This document shows positions 17,503 through 26,560 of a stretch of DNA of 32,000 nucleotides, one piece after another. Source of the stretch: Planctopirus limnophila DSM 3776 (GTDB lineage: Bacteria > Planctomycetota > Planctomycetia > Planctomycetales > Planctomycetaceae). The DNA lies in assembly GCF_000092105.1 (NCBI RefSeq), contig NC_014148.1:3330001-3362000 (forward strand), given 5' to 3'. Within the stretch, counting starts at the first letter, position 1. Every line of letters starts with the position of its first letter. The notes under the pieces are model-generated. The model saw only the letters and a program-made list of their open reading frames with translations, was not told where the DNA came from and did no database searches. The position numbers were made by a program, and so were the translations under genes.

Positions 17503-18450
17503 GTGCGAAAGCTTCATCAGGACGTGGCCGAGATGACAGGATCCGACGAAACAGCACAGAATCCGCCATCTCTAAGCCCACCAGAGCTTTCGGAAAATCG
17601 AGCCGAGCCTGTGCAGGATCTCGCCCATCAGCAGCCTGCATTCACTGAAGGAAAGCCCCGAAGAGAAAAGCCCGAAAAAAGTCGGCGGATTGAGCGAGAG
17701 TTCGGCATTCCCATCCCCGGTGAGATTCTTCCCCCTGACCAGTGGGTCAAAACAGCCATCAAAACCCTTCCATCTTCCGGTCTATTGAACTGGCATGAAG
17801 TGTTTGGACTGACGCTGGAACAGAAGCAGGGTGTGGTGCTCGATCTCGGTTGCGGCAACGGACGCAGTACGCTGTGGCACGCGATTGTCGAGCCTCAATT
17901 CTGTTACCTGGGTGTTGATATCCTGCCCGTCGTCATTCGCTATGCGACAAGGCGTGCCAACCAAAGAGGATTGGGGCATCTTCGATTTGCCGTGATTGGT
18001 GGGAAGGAACTGCTCGCACAGTTCGTGCCCCCAGGTTCTGTATCGAAGATCTGCATCTATCACCCACAGCCCTATTACGAAGAGCACCTGATTGCCAAGC
18101 GACTGGTGACGCCTGAGTTTCTCGCCATGGCCCATCAGGCGTTAGTGCCAGGAGGCGAGTTGATCCTGCAGACAGATCATCCGGCTTACTGGCAGTACAT
18201 GGAACAGGTAGTTCCTGCATTCTTTGAGTTGAGGGCGATCCCCGGTCCATGGCCTGATGCACCGCGCGGCAGAACACGCCGCGAGATTCTGGCGACAAAA
18301 CGCGGGTTACCGGTGTTTCGAGGTGTCGCCACACGGAAAGAAGGGCTGGATCGCGCCTCTGCTTTTGAGAAAGCGAGTGCCCTCCCCGTCCCGACTTTCA
18401 ATGCAGATCGTCGGCTGTTGGCGCTGGATCGCGAGGAACAGTCGCTTTAG
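17503..18450 (+). CDS. trmB: Class I SAM-dependent methyltransferase, TrmB-like (tRNA m7G46) with an N-terminal extension
   Basis: SAM motif VLDLGCGNGRST, then YLGVDI, and a TrmB-like block IYHPQPYYEEHLIAKRLVTPEFL. The start is uncertain (GTG 17503 or ATG 17533). Confidence 0.65.
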   Translation: MRKLHQDVAEMTGSDETAQNPPSLSPPELSENRAEPVQDLAHQQPAFTEGKPRREKPEKSRRIEREFGIPIPGEILPPDQWVKTAIKTLPSSGLLNWHEVFGLTLEQKQGVVLDLGCGNGRSTLWHAIVEPQFCYLGVDILPVVIRYATRRANQRGLGHLRFAVIGGKELLAQFVPPGSVSKICIYHPQPYYEEHLIAKRLVTPEFLAMAHQALVPGGELILQTDHPAYWQYMEQVVPAFFELRAIPGPWPDAPRGRTRREILATKRGLPVFRGVATRKEGLDRASAFEKASALPVPTFNADRRLLALDREEQSL

Positions 18451-18553
18451 CCGCGAAAAATCTATTTTTGTAACCACAAGTTTGGTCAACAGTTGCGACT
18501 CTTTTATCCAGGAGATCGCAGATTTTTCAAAGCGACAGTTGCGAAAAGTCTGC

Positions 18554-18589
18554 CAGTATGAATAATACTGACATTGAGACTCAGTCTCA
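18554..18589. promoter_or_regulatory. Two adjacent palindromes upstream of the DUF1559 gene (candidate operator or 5'-UTR hairpins)
   Basis: CAGTAT-GAATA-ATACTG lies at 18554-18570. It is immediately followed by the perfect 15-bp palindrome TGAGACT-C-AGTCTCA at 18575-18589. Both lie about 100-135 nt upstream of ATG 18691. Confidence 0.3.
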
Positions 18590-18690
18590 GATTTCTGCCA
18601 GCCAGGAGATTCTCCCAGCCAGCCTGTGAGGTCATCACTTCATGGGGAAGTGAGCCTTTCATTTCAAAGGCCTTGGGCTTGGAGATTTCT

Positions 18691-19569
18691 ATGCGACATT
18701 TGCTGCCGCGACGCGGATTTACGTTGATCGAACTTCTGGTGGTGATTGCGATCATCGCCATTCTCATCGCTCTGCTCCTCCCAGCCGTCCAACAGGCCCG
18801 GGAAGCCGCCCGGAGAACGCAGTGCCGCAATAATTTGAAGCAGATCGCACTGGCGATGCACAACTATCACGATGTCGCTAACCGGTTGCCACCGGGGTTC
18901 GATAATCAGTTGAAGAGTGCCTTCACAGCCACACTGCCATACATCGATCAGGCGAACGCCTACAACAAGTACGACTTCAGTCGCTATTACACCGATCCAG
19001 TGAATGTGGCGGTGATCAACCAGAGGATCCCCGCGTTCCTCTGTCCCACGATGGTTCTGCCGCGAGAAGTTCCCGATCCTGGCTGTCCCGGTGAAGTCGG
19101 TGCCCCCACCAGTTATGGCGTCAGCGCAGGTTCCCTGCTGCGTGGCTCCGGTTCCAACGGAACATTCGCCCATGACGATGTGAATGTCACAGTCGGAGGC
19201 ATCCCCTTTCGCGACATCACCGATGGCCTTTCCAACACTCTTCTTATTGGAGAATTCAACTTCCGGCTTGCCGAATATTTGTGGACATCCTCAGCATCCA
19301 GTTGCCCCGCCAAATCAGGACAACCCCGCTGGGGCAATCATCGTTGGGGCTTGGGTTATGCCAGCATGACAACCGGCACAACGGCCTACCCCATCGGTGT
19401 TGTTGTCGGTACGGGCACAACCACCGGCATGTGGCGTAGCGACCATACCGGCGGCCTCCACTTCGCGCTGGGAGACGGTTCTGTCCGATTCATCAGCTAC
19501 AATATCGATAAATCACTTCTCGACGGCCTGGCCACAAGAGCAGGAGGCGAGGTGCTTAGTGAGTTCTAA
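18691..19569 (+). CDS. DUF1559 / H-X9-DG protein with a prepilin-type N-terminal cleavage/methylation domain
   Basis: Start at ATG 18691. [61 protein letters not shown] is the canonical planctomycetal DUF1559 N-terminus. The C-terminal [12 protein letters not shown] fits H-X9-DG. Confidence 0.9.
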   Translation: MRHLLPRRGFTLIELLVVIAIIAILIALLLPAVQQAREAARRTQCRNNLKQIALAMHNYHDVANRLPPGFDNQLKSAFTATLPYIDQANAYNKYDFSRYYTDPVNVAVINQRIPAFLCPTMVLPREVPDPGCPGEVGAPTSYGVSAGSLLRGSGSNGTFAHDDVNVTVGGIPFRDITDGLSNTLLIGEFNFRLAEYLWTSSASSCPAKSGQPRWGNHRWGLGYASMTTGTTAYPIGVVVGTGTTTGMWRSDHTGGLHFALGDGSVRFISYNIDKSLLDGLATRAGGEVLSEF

Positions 19570-20179
19570 TCCTGCTCAACGCGAGCCGCTTTGGGTTCTT
19601 AATGCTTATGCCTTAGGTACCACGCGGCACGAAACTTCAAACGAGGAAGCAGCCACGACGATTCCACTTCCAAAGAGCAGAATTGCCGCCAGCCTAAAGC
19701 TTTGGATTCATGGTGGGTTTCTGACATTTCTCTTTTTGAGTCTGGTCAGTCATCTGGGTTGTCAGCAGAGCGCCAGTGCCACGCCCGATCCGTTGCGGTG
19801 CGAGATTTCAGGCGAAGTGTTGATGGATGGGCAACCACTTGATGGCGCCAGCATCGCGTTTGTCTCTGTTGATACGCAGGCCCCCCAAACAGCCACGGCG
19901 AATATCATCGGCGGCAGGTTTTCGTTACCACATACCAATGGACCTTTTCCCGGTAGAAACCAGATCATGATCCTGCCAAATCAAGTGGACGAAGCCGAGG
20001 CCATAGAACGATCAAAAGCAGCTCAAGGCAAACCATTCTCACTCGATCAAGTGAAGATCCCTGCCGCTTTTCGCCGTAATTCAAAGCTGTTTTTCAATGT
20101 CTCGCTCACAGGCAGCAACCGACTGAAGCTTGAACTTGGCTCAAAGGGCGAACCGGCTAAAATCACTATTGCAAATTAG
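19559..20179 (+). CDS. Small lipoprotein with a carboxypeptidase-regulatory-like (Ig-like) domain
   Basis: Signal/lipobox [30 protein letters not shown]. The domain pattern is [23 protein letters not shown]...[10 protein letters not shown]...GRNQIMI. There is no ATG/GTG/TTG in frame between 19562 and the signal peptide. GTG 19559 with AGGAGG 11 nt upstream is the best canonical start, and ATT 19661 after GAGGAAG is an alternative. Confidence 0.65.
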   Translation: MSSNPAQREPLWVLNAYALGTTRHETSNEEAATTIPLPKSRIAASLKLWIHGGFLTFLFLSLVSHLGCQQSASATPDPLRCEISGEVLMDGQPLDGASIAFVSVDTQAPQTATANIIGGRFSLPHTNGPFPGRNQIMILPNQVDEAEAIERSKAAQGKPFSLDQVKIPAAFRRNSKLFFNVSLTGSNRLKLELGSKGEPAKITIAN

Positions 20180-20324
20180 TTGCAATAACTACAGGCTAAG
20201 TTGACCCACTGCGATTGGAACAACGCGATCTTTGTTCGTTACATGAATTGTGGGCATAACCCCTCGACGAGTCCACAATCAATTGATGTTTACTGTTTCC
20301 ACCTCCAAAAGGGAGTGCATATCC

Positions 20325-21998
20325 ATGTTGACTCGTAGTTACCTCTTCGCTGGCCTTCGCAGTGGGGGAATCGTAATCGCCACCTTAGCAATGAACCTCG
20401 CGGTTCCGCTGATTGCTCAAGCCCATTTTCTGTGGGTTGTGGATGCCAACCAGTCAGCCGATGGCAAGGTGCATGTTTACTTCTCCGAAGAAGCTGCCCC
20501 TGATAATCCGGCACTCCTGGAAAAAATCCTCGGGGCCAAGCTCTGGGAAGCGAACCTCCACGATGATGCCGTCAAGGTGAGTCCCCTCAAGTTTGAAAAA
20601 GGGGAAAATTCTCTGGAAGCCACCTTCTCACCCAAATCGACCAACGCCGGAGTCTTTCTCGATTACGGCGTCATGTCGAAAGGTGGAGCCGAACCCTACC
20701 TCTTGAGATACTGCGGTCGCTCACAAACGATTGCCAACCGCAAAGGTGGCAAGGTCATTGGCGATGCGGCGGTATTGCCATTGGAAGTTGTCGCCGAACG
20801 CTCAGGCGACGGCTTCCTGCTGCGTACCTTCTGGCAAGGCCAGCCAGCCGAAGGGATTGAAGTGACTGTCGATGGTGGCGATCTTTCGGCCAGCAAAGAA
20901 GGTGTTTCCAATGCTCAGGGAGAACTCGCCCTGGGAACACTGGCCAACGGACTCTATTCCATTCGCGTCAAAAAAGTGCTGGAAGAACCAGGCAAGCTGG
21001 GGGATAAAGAATACAAGTCCATTCGGATCTACAGCACAACTTCACTCTTGATCAAGCCGCCCGCTGAAGTGACTCAACCCGCCGTATCAAAGGCCTTACC
21101 TGAACTTCCTCGCGGCATCACCAGCTTTGGTGGAGCTGTCGTGGGCGATGTGGTCTATGTCTACGGAGGCCATGCAGGGGGTGCCCATCATTACGCGAAA
21201 GAAGATCAATCGCGTGAACTGCTGGCGCTGAACGTCAAGCAGCCTTCCGAATGGAAAGTGGTCGGAGAAGGACCAGAGCGAACTGGTCTGGCGATGGTCG
21301 CCGTGGGAAATGACCTTTACCGCATGGGCGGTTTTATTGCTGATAACGGCAAGGAAGAGAAGGAAGTTCTCAAAAGCACCAGCGATTTTGCCCGCTGGGA
21401 TGCGGCCATTAAGCAGTGGATCGAATTGCCGGCACTTCCTGAGCCACGCTCTTCGCTGGATGCTGCTGTGATCGGTAAAACGATCTATGTCGTCGGTGGC
21501 TGGAATCTCAATGGGGGTGGCAAGGAAGCACAGTGGCACGAAACAGCCTGGAAGTGTGACGTTTCGGCAAATCCTCCTGTCTGGCAGCCGATTGCAAATC
21601 CACCGTTCTTGCGCAGAGCACTTTCCCTCGCCGAGCATCAGGGGAAGCTTTATGTGATCGGTGGGATGAAAAATCAGGGTGGCCCGACGACAGAAGTTGC
21701 CATCTACGATCCTGCGACAAATTCATGGAGTTCAGGACCTGCTCTACCTGGCGAAGGAATGGAAGGCTTTGGCAACTCTTCATTCGCCATCAATCAGCAT
21801 CTCTTCGTGAGTGTGATGTCGGGCAAAGTCTATAAGCTCTCCGCCGATGGTTCCCAGTGGGATCAGGTCTACCAGTTGGAGAAACCCCGTTTCTTCCATC
21901 GCATGCTCCCCATCAACCAGCATCAACTGGTGTTTGTGGGTGGAGCCAGCATGGAAGCCGGCAAAGCGAAAACCACGGAAGTCTTTGACATCAAGTAG
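20325..21998 (+). CDS. Secreted fusion protein: DUF4198-like N-terminal domain plus a C-terminal Kelch-repeat beta-propeller
   Basis: Start at ATG 20325, after AAGGGAG. The signal peptide ends in ...PLIAQA. The mature N-terminus HFLWVV and the Ig-like block GQPAEGIEVTVDGGD...NAQGELALGTLANGLYSIRV resemble DUF4198. Repeated Kelch signatures follow: GDVVYVYGGH, GNDLYRMGGF, GKTIYVVGGW, QGKLYVIGGM, NQHLFVS and HQLVFVGG. Confidence 0.8.
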   Translation: MLTRSYLFAGLRSGGIVIATLAMNLAVPLIAQAHFLWVVDANQSADGKVHVYFSEEAAPDNPALLEKILGAKLWEANLHDDAVKVSPLKFEKGENSLEATFSPKSTNAGVFLDYGVMSKGGAEPYLLRYCGRSQTIANRKGGKVIGDAAVLPLEVVAERSGDGFLLRTFWQGQPAEGIEVTVDGGDLSASKEGVSNAQGELALGTLANGLYSIRVKKVLEEPGKLGDKEYKSIRIYSTTSLLIKPPAEVTQPAVSKALPELPRGITSFGGAVVGDVVYVYGGHAGGAHHYAKEDQSRELLALNVKQPSEWKVVGEGPERTGLAMVAVGNDLYRMGGFIADNGKEEKEVLKSTSDFARWDAAIKQWIELPALPEPRSSLDAAVIGKTIYVVGGWNLNGGGKEAQWHETAWKCDVSANPPVWQPIANPPFLRRALSLAEHQGKLYVIGGMKNQGGPTTEVAIYDPATNSWSSGPALPGEGMEGFGNSSFAINQHLFVSVMSGKVYKLSADGSQWDQVYQLEKPRFFHRMLPINQHQLVFVGGASMEAGKAKTTEVFDIK

Positions 21999-22028
21999 GT
22001 TGAATTTGTAATCGATTCACCTTTGATT

Positions 22029-22066
22029 CCGTTCGACAACCACGGTTGTCGAACGGTTTTTTGTTT
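22029..22066 (+). terminator. Rho-independent terminator of the DUF1559-lipoprotein-Kelch unit
   Basis: Perfect 12-bp stem CCGTTCGACAAC / GTTGTCGAACGG with loop CACG, followed by TTTTTTGTTT. It lies 30 nt after the stop at 21998. Confidence 0.85.
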
Positions 22067-22287
22067 GAACGGATAGCCGGTAAATCCTATTGATTGAGAG
22101 CACATGCAACTTTAATGAATTTCCTGCCAGTGCCTGAAAATTGTGATCAAAACTGGTGTTCCCCCAGGAAGAACTTTGGTAGGACATTGAGCCTGTTGGA
22201 TTGACTCAAGGCACTGTTGTCTTCTAACGCTATGGGTTGATGGCAGGCTGAATCTCTGGCCTGAGATGTTTTCTGAGGAATGCTTTC

Positions 22288-23253
22288 ATGAATGGGCAGT
22301 CGATTTCGAGATTACTGAAGCAGTCTTTATTCATCGCAGGTTTCAGTTGGCTACTCCTCTCCTCTACGGTGACTCAGGCTGAATCACCCGTGGTGCGTGT
22401 GATGAGCTACAACTTGTGGCATGGAGGTGATGCCGGGAAGCAACCGCTGGAACAGACCGCCAAGGTGATTCGTGAAGCCCGGGCCGATCTGGTGGGATTG
22501 CAGGAGACGCGTGGCTATGCGACCGGCGGACAACCTCGGCCTGATCGAGCCAAGGAGATTGCCCAGATCCTCGGTTGGAATTACTTCGATCAGGGTGGAG
22601 GCACAGCGATTTTGAGCCGCTATCCCATTGGCAAAGCCTCACCGGGAAAATGGGGTGTCGAAATTGAACATCCCAGTGGTACGAAGCTGTATTTGTTCAA
22701 TGCCCACCTCATGTATATTCCGTACCAGCCCTATCAGTTGTTGAATATTCCTTATGGTGATTACCCGTTTATCAAGACCGAGCAGGAAGCGATCGACTTC
22801 GCGAAAAAGGCCCGCGGTGAGCAGGTCGAGCGTCTGATTGCGGATATCAAAGCCACAGTTCCCGCTGACGCTACAGTTTTTGTGACTGGCGATTTCAATG
22901 AGCCATCGCATTGGGATTGGACAGCAGCAGCTCAAAAGGCTGGCCGCTGCCCGATCGCTGTGAAATGGCCATCGACCAGCATGATGGCAGAGACAGGCTT
23001 CATTGACACCTACCGCGAAGCCCATCCCGATCCGGTCACTGCACCCGGAATCACGTGGACACCGCTCACGAAGATCACCGATCCCAAAGATCGCCACGAT
23101 CGCATTGATTTTGTGCTGATGCGTCAGGGAGGTGGCAAAGTCCTCAGTTCGCAAGTCCTGGGCGAATCGAAAGAGGCGGCAGATGTGGTCGTCATCCCCT
23201 ACCCTTCAGATCATCGCTCTGTGGTGAGTGCTGTTGAACTGACGGGCAAGTGA
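22288..23253 (+). CDS. Secreted endonuclease/exonuclease/phosphatase (EEP) family protein
   Basis: Signal peptide LFIAGFSWLLLSSTVTQA. EEP blocks VRVMSYNLWHGG, DLVGLQE, FVTGDFNE, DRIDFV and PSDHRSV are present. Confidence 0.85.
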   Translation: MNGQSISRLLKQSLFIAGFSWLLLSSTVTQAESPVVRVMSYNLWHGGDAGKQPLEQTAKVIREARADLVGLQETRGYATGGQPRPDRAKEIAQILGWNYFDQGGGTAILSRYPIGKASPGKWGVEIEHPSGTKLYLFNAHLMYIPYQPYQLLNIPYGDYPFIKTEQEAIDFAKKARGEQVERLIADIKATVPADATVFVTGDFNEPSHWDWTAAAQKAGRCPIAVKWPSTSMMAETGFIDTYREAHPDPVTAPGITWTPLTKITDPKDRHDRIDFVLMRQGGGKVLSSQVLGESKEAADVVVIPYPSDHRSVVSAVELTGK

Positions 23254-23282
23254 TACGCTATGCATGAAATAAGAGCGCTCTA

Positions 23283-23332
23283 TGTGCCATGCTTGCAGCA
23301 GTGTGCCATGCTTGCAGCTCTGGGCAAGCATG
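23283..23332. repeat. Tandem 17-nt direct repeat plus one complementary arm, between the convergent EEP and motB genes
   Basis: TGTGCCATGCTTGCAGC occurs at 23283-23299 and again at 23302-23318. GCAAGCATG at 23324-23332 is the reverse complement of CATGCTTGC, which is present in both copies. Confidence 0.6.
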
Positions 23333-23441
23333 CTCGACTACCCCTCAACAGGCCATCGATTTCGGGAATGGGCATCAGACATGCTCGCTCAAAGCCGCGA
23401 GGCATGGCACGCAGGATGCAGCATTCATTGATTGCTTGAGA

Positions 23442-24332
23442 TCAATGGTGACCCGACGACTTCTTAGGCTCCGCTTTCTTGGTCTCCGTCTTCGCCCCAT
23501 GGCTGCTGGAACCATGACTGGAAGAACCGTGCCCAGAAGCTTCCTTTTTCGCTCCATGGCCGCTCGATGAACCGTGGCCTGAAGAGCCATGCCCCGATGA
23601 ACCGTGACCCGCGGCTTTCTCGGGTGCGTGACTATCAGTCTTGGGCTTCGCGTGCAGGCTTTGTCCAGGTGGAACCTGTGACGGATCAGCCTTGCCAAAG
23701 AAACCGCCCGGCTCGTCTGGGCTTTCTCGATATTTGCGAGCGAGCTCACCAATCAAAAAGACTTCGACACGAGCATTCTGGGCCTGATGTTCAGCATCGA
23801 GCTTCTTCGCACTATAGGGTTCTTCGGCACCATCCTGGCTGAGCCGCAAGCGACCAAGTTCAACACCTTTACTCACCAGAAAATCTTTAACAGCCTGACT
23901 GCGCATCCACGACAATTGCCAGGGATCTTCTTTCGTTTGAGTGTCGGCACGTTCGCGGCGAGATGCGTGGCCCCGAATTTCAATCTTATTGGGTTTCCCC
24001 AGCAGATCCGGAAGCAATGCTTCAAGCTGATTAATGGCCGATTCATCGAGTGCGTAGGCTTTTTCGGCAAAGAGAACCATTGTCCCCACGTTTCGCGTCT
24101 TTTCGATGTCGTGGAAAATCTTCAGTTCTGCACGCGGCGGAAAGAGCGATGGCTCCACATCGGGATCCAGTTCGGCGGCAGCAGCACCGGGTGGCGGTTG
24201 AAAGTAGTGCGCCACAGCCGTTTTCACTTCTTTGCTCTGGCCCACCAGCCACATGACGAGAAAGAACGCCATCATCGCGGTGACGAAGTCGGCATAGGCA
24301 ACTTTCCATGCTCCTCCGCCACCACCAGCCAT
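23442..24332 (-). CDS. motB: Flagellar motor stator protein MotB (OmpA-like C-terminal domain) with a His/Ser/Gly-rich tail
   Basis: WKVAYADFVTAMMAFFLVMWL is the MotB TM/plug signature, including the conserved Asp. The OmpA-like region ends in NARVEVFL. The tail reads GHGSSGHGSSGHGSSSGHGAKKEASGHGSSSHGSSSHGAK...SSGHH. Confidence 0.88.
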   Translation of the reverse strand: MAGGGGGAWKVAYADFVTAMMAFFLVMWLVGQSKEVKTAVAHYFQPPPGAAAAELDPDVEPSLFPPRAELKIFHDIEKTRNVGTMVLFAEKAYALDESAINQLEALLPDLLGKPNKIEIRGHASRRERADTQTKEDPWQLSWMRSQAVKDFLVSKGVELGRLRLSQDGAEEPYSAKKLDAEHQAQNARVEVFLIGELARKYRESPDEPGGFFGKADPSQVPPGQSLHAKPKTDSHAPEKAAGHGSSGHGSSGHGSSSGHGAKKEASGHGSSSHGSSSHGAKTETKKAEPKKSSGHH

Positions 24333-24369
24333 CGTTCAATCTCCTGAAAACTGACTCAAATGACTGGAA

Positions 24370-25233
24370 TCACGCTGCTGCATCGGCTTCTTTGAGCATT
24401 TTTTCCAGTTCGACACGCTCGGGGCGGGCTTCACTGCAGACGACTCGACGGGCCTGTTCGATAATCTGCTTAGGTGCAGCACCACCAATGGCGGCTTCGA
24501 TGATCGCCGCTGTTGTGCGATAGAAATCCATCTCAGATTTCCCGAGAAGATCCATGCGTGCTGCCAGTGGAGCCATAAAGCCATACGAGGCGAGAATCCC
24601 GAGGAAGGTACCGACGAGAGCCGCACCCACTTTGTGACCAATTTCCTCCACAGGGCCATCAATGGCACCCATGGTGATCACAATTCCAAGCACGGCAGCC
24701 ACAATCCCGAAGCCGGGCATCGCGTCGGCACTCTTGGCGAGAATTCCAACGGCCTGATGATGCTCTTCTTCCATCACAGCAATCTGCTTCTGGAGCAGGT
24801 CGTGGAGCTGTTCCTGGCTCATGCTGGCCTCCACGACTGAAGACAGTCCATCACACAGAAAGGTCGTAAAATGATGATCCTTCTGGAGCCGGGGATACTT
24901 CGAAAAAATCTTGCTTTCGTGAGGATCGTTCAGGTGAGGCTCTAGTGCGAGTAAGCCATCTTTTCGAGCCGTCTTGAGGAGATCATAAGACAGCTTGAAA
25001 AGATCACCGTACGCTTTCTTATTAAACGGGCTCCCCTTAAGTGCCCCGATGATCGACTTGATCAGATCTTTGAGGATTTTGGGGCTGCCCATGACCAGCA
25101 TGGCCCCGAGCGAAGCACCACCAATGGTGAGCACTTCGGAGGGGTGGATCAAAGCTTCCACATGGCCACCAGCCCATGTGTAGCCGCCCAGCACGCAGCC
25201 AGTTACAACGATGAATCCAATAATCACAAACAT
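24370..25233 (-). CDS. motA: Flagellar motor stator protein MotA
   Basis: Start at ATG 25233 (MFVIIGFIVVTGCVLGGYTWAGG). It is collinear with E. coli MotA (MLILLGYLVVLGTVFGGYLMTGG...; PGFGIVAAVLGIV versus PAFGIVAAVMGVV; GTFLGILASYGF versus GTFLGILLAYGF). Confidence 0.9.
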   Translation of the reverse strand: MFVIIGFIVVTGCVLGGYTWAGGHVEALIHPSEVLTIGGASLGAMLVMGSPKILKDLIKSIIGALKGSPFNKKAYGDLFKLSYDLLKTARKDGLLALEPHLNDPHESKIFSKYPRLQKDHHFTTFLCDGLSSVVEASMSQEQLHDLLQKQIAVMEEEHHQAVGILAKSADAMPGFGIVAAVLGIVITMGAIDGPVEEIGHKVGAALVGTFLGILASYGFMAPLAARMDLLGKSEMDFYRTTAAIIEAAIGGAAPKQIIEQARRVVCSEARPERVELEKMLKEADAAA

Positions 25234-25545
25234 GCCGCGATATTCCGCTCGCTGAGGGCACCTTCGGGAACGATATGGCAAAGAGAACGACGGCTGTCGG
25301 ATGGCTCAATGGGCGAACCCGTCGAGAGAACTCACCGCCTCTTTGATCGGAAGGCCGAAGCCTGATCAGTGGCAGGAAATGCAGGAACTCGCCCCGCAAA
25401 TTCGAGTTGGCAGTGAAATGCCCTGTTGTAGTATCAATTCACTGTTTAACACGTGCAGCGATTCTGCGGATTATGCTGGGCACAGAGCCAGCGCACGATC
25501 TTCCAGATGCAGGGAAGAGAGATCCGAGATGCTGCCCTTGGGTGA

Positions 25546-26484
25546 TTACTCCACCAGTGAATCACCGGGCCGGTAACGCACAGGGTGCCACGACTTCGCG
25601 AGATTGATCAGCCCTGCCAGAATCTGTGGGTCATTCGCGCAGGCCACGACCCGTGGTAAACGAATCATATCGGCTTTTTCATCCAGCCACGTCTCACGAA
25701 AATGGACCGGCTCGCCGGTATCTGTCCAGCAGGCATTCCCACCAAAGTACCGCGCAATCTGCATCGAAACCGGAAAGTCGTAGACATTCGGCGAATGAAT
25801 CAACGAGCCTGCAAATTCCCCGGAAGCCATCAGTTCATAGATACTTCCCGGCATCTCATCAGGTGCGACTCCTTCGTAGCCGCACCTCGTAATCTCGCTG
25901 GCCGCGATCACATCCCGATGCTGAAAGCCAATCACGTAGATCTTCTTCGAAGTCGTCGGCCGATCAGCCTCGGCAACCACAAGACTTCGCACGACATCAG
26001 TCGCGGGGCGTGACCAGTCATCCGGCCCACTCACCACGCGTTCCGGCGTTACCTCGACCCACCAGCCCTGCACACCTTTTTCCGGGATGTACACCAGCGA
26101 ATAAAGCATTTCGCTGGCTGTCCGCAGATGCAGCATCACGGCATATCCATTCCCCGTATGGTCTCGATACTGCTTCGTTCCATCAATGGGATCCAGTGCC
26201 AGCACAAACTCCGATTGCTGAGCGAAGGCATGCAGATCGCCTGTTGATTCTTCTGCCTCAATTCGACAATGCCGGAAGATCGGATCCACATCACGAAGAG
26301 CCGCCACCAGCAACTCCTGGATCGTTAAATCGGCCAGAGTGAGTGCATCAGTCAGCGCACTTCCCGTCGTTTTTGTGGCGACAGAAATGTTGTGACTTCG
26401 TAACCGTCGCCCAATCGCACCTGCCCAGCGCAAAATGGGTGGAAGGTGGACACTCAGCGCATTGATCAGAAACTCAGACTGCAT
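25546..26484 (-). CDS. Inositol monophosphatase / FBPase-superfamily phosphatase, specific substrate unknown
   Basis: Metal-binding EAEES, the signature LALDPIDGTKQY, and a distal YDFPVSMQIARYFGG block corresponding to the WDxAAG motif. Confidence 0.8.
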   Translation of the reverse strand: MQSEFLINALSVHLPPILRWAGAIGRRLRSHNISVATKTTGSALTDALTLADLTIQELLVAALRDVDPIFRHCRIEAEESTGDLHAFAQQSEFVLALDPIDGTKQYRDHTGNGYAVMLHLRTASEMLYSLVYIPEKGVQGWWVEVTPERVVSGPDDWSRPATDVVRSLVVAEADRPTTSKKIYVIGFQHRDVIAASEITRCGYEGVAPDEMPGSIYELMASGEFAGSLIHSPNVYDFPVSMQIARYFGGNACWTDTGEPVHFRETWLDEKADMIRLPRVVACANDPQILAGLINLAKSWHPVRYRPGDSLVE

Positions 26485-26560
26485 GGAGCGTCGCCTTATT
26501 GAGCAATATCGATGGGAAAGTTGTCTTCAGTCAGTTCACCAATGACACACAAGAAACGAT

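Noticed and set aside
24370-25233. Whether motAB could be a non-flagellar MotAB-like system, such as a Zorya-type defence or an ExbBD/TolQR paralogue.
   Set aside because: MotA here is of ordinary length and collinear with E. coli flagellar MotA. MotB has the flagellar plug/TM signature and an OmpA domain. There is no long ZorA-like tail and there are no associated defence genes.
25368-25386. A sigma-54-like motif, TGGCAGGAAATGCAGG, in the spacer upstream of motA.
   Set aside because: The GG-to-GC spacing is 8 nt instead of 10, and the motif is on the plus strand with no plus-strand gene downstream. I also found no convincing FliA-type (TAAA-N15-GCCGATAA) promoter.
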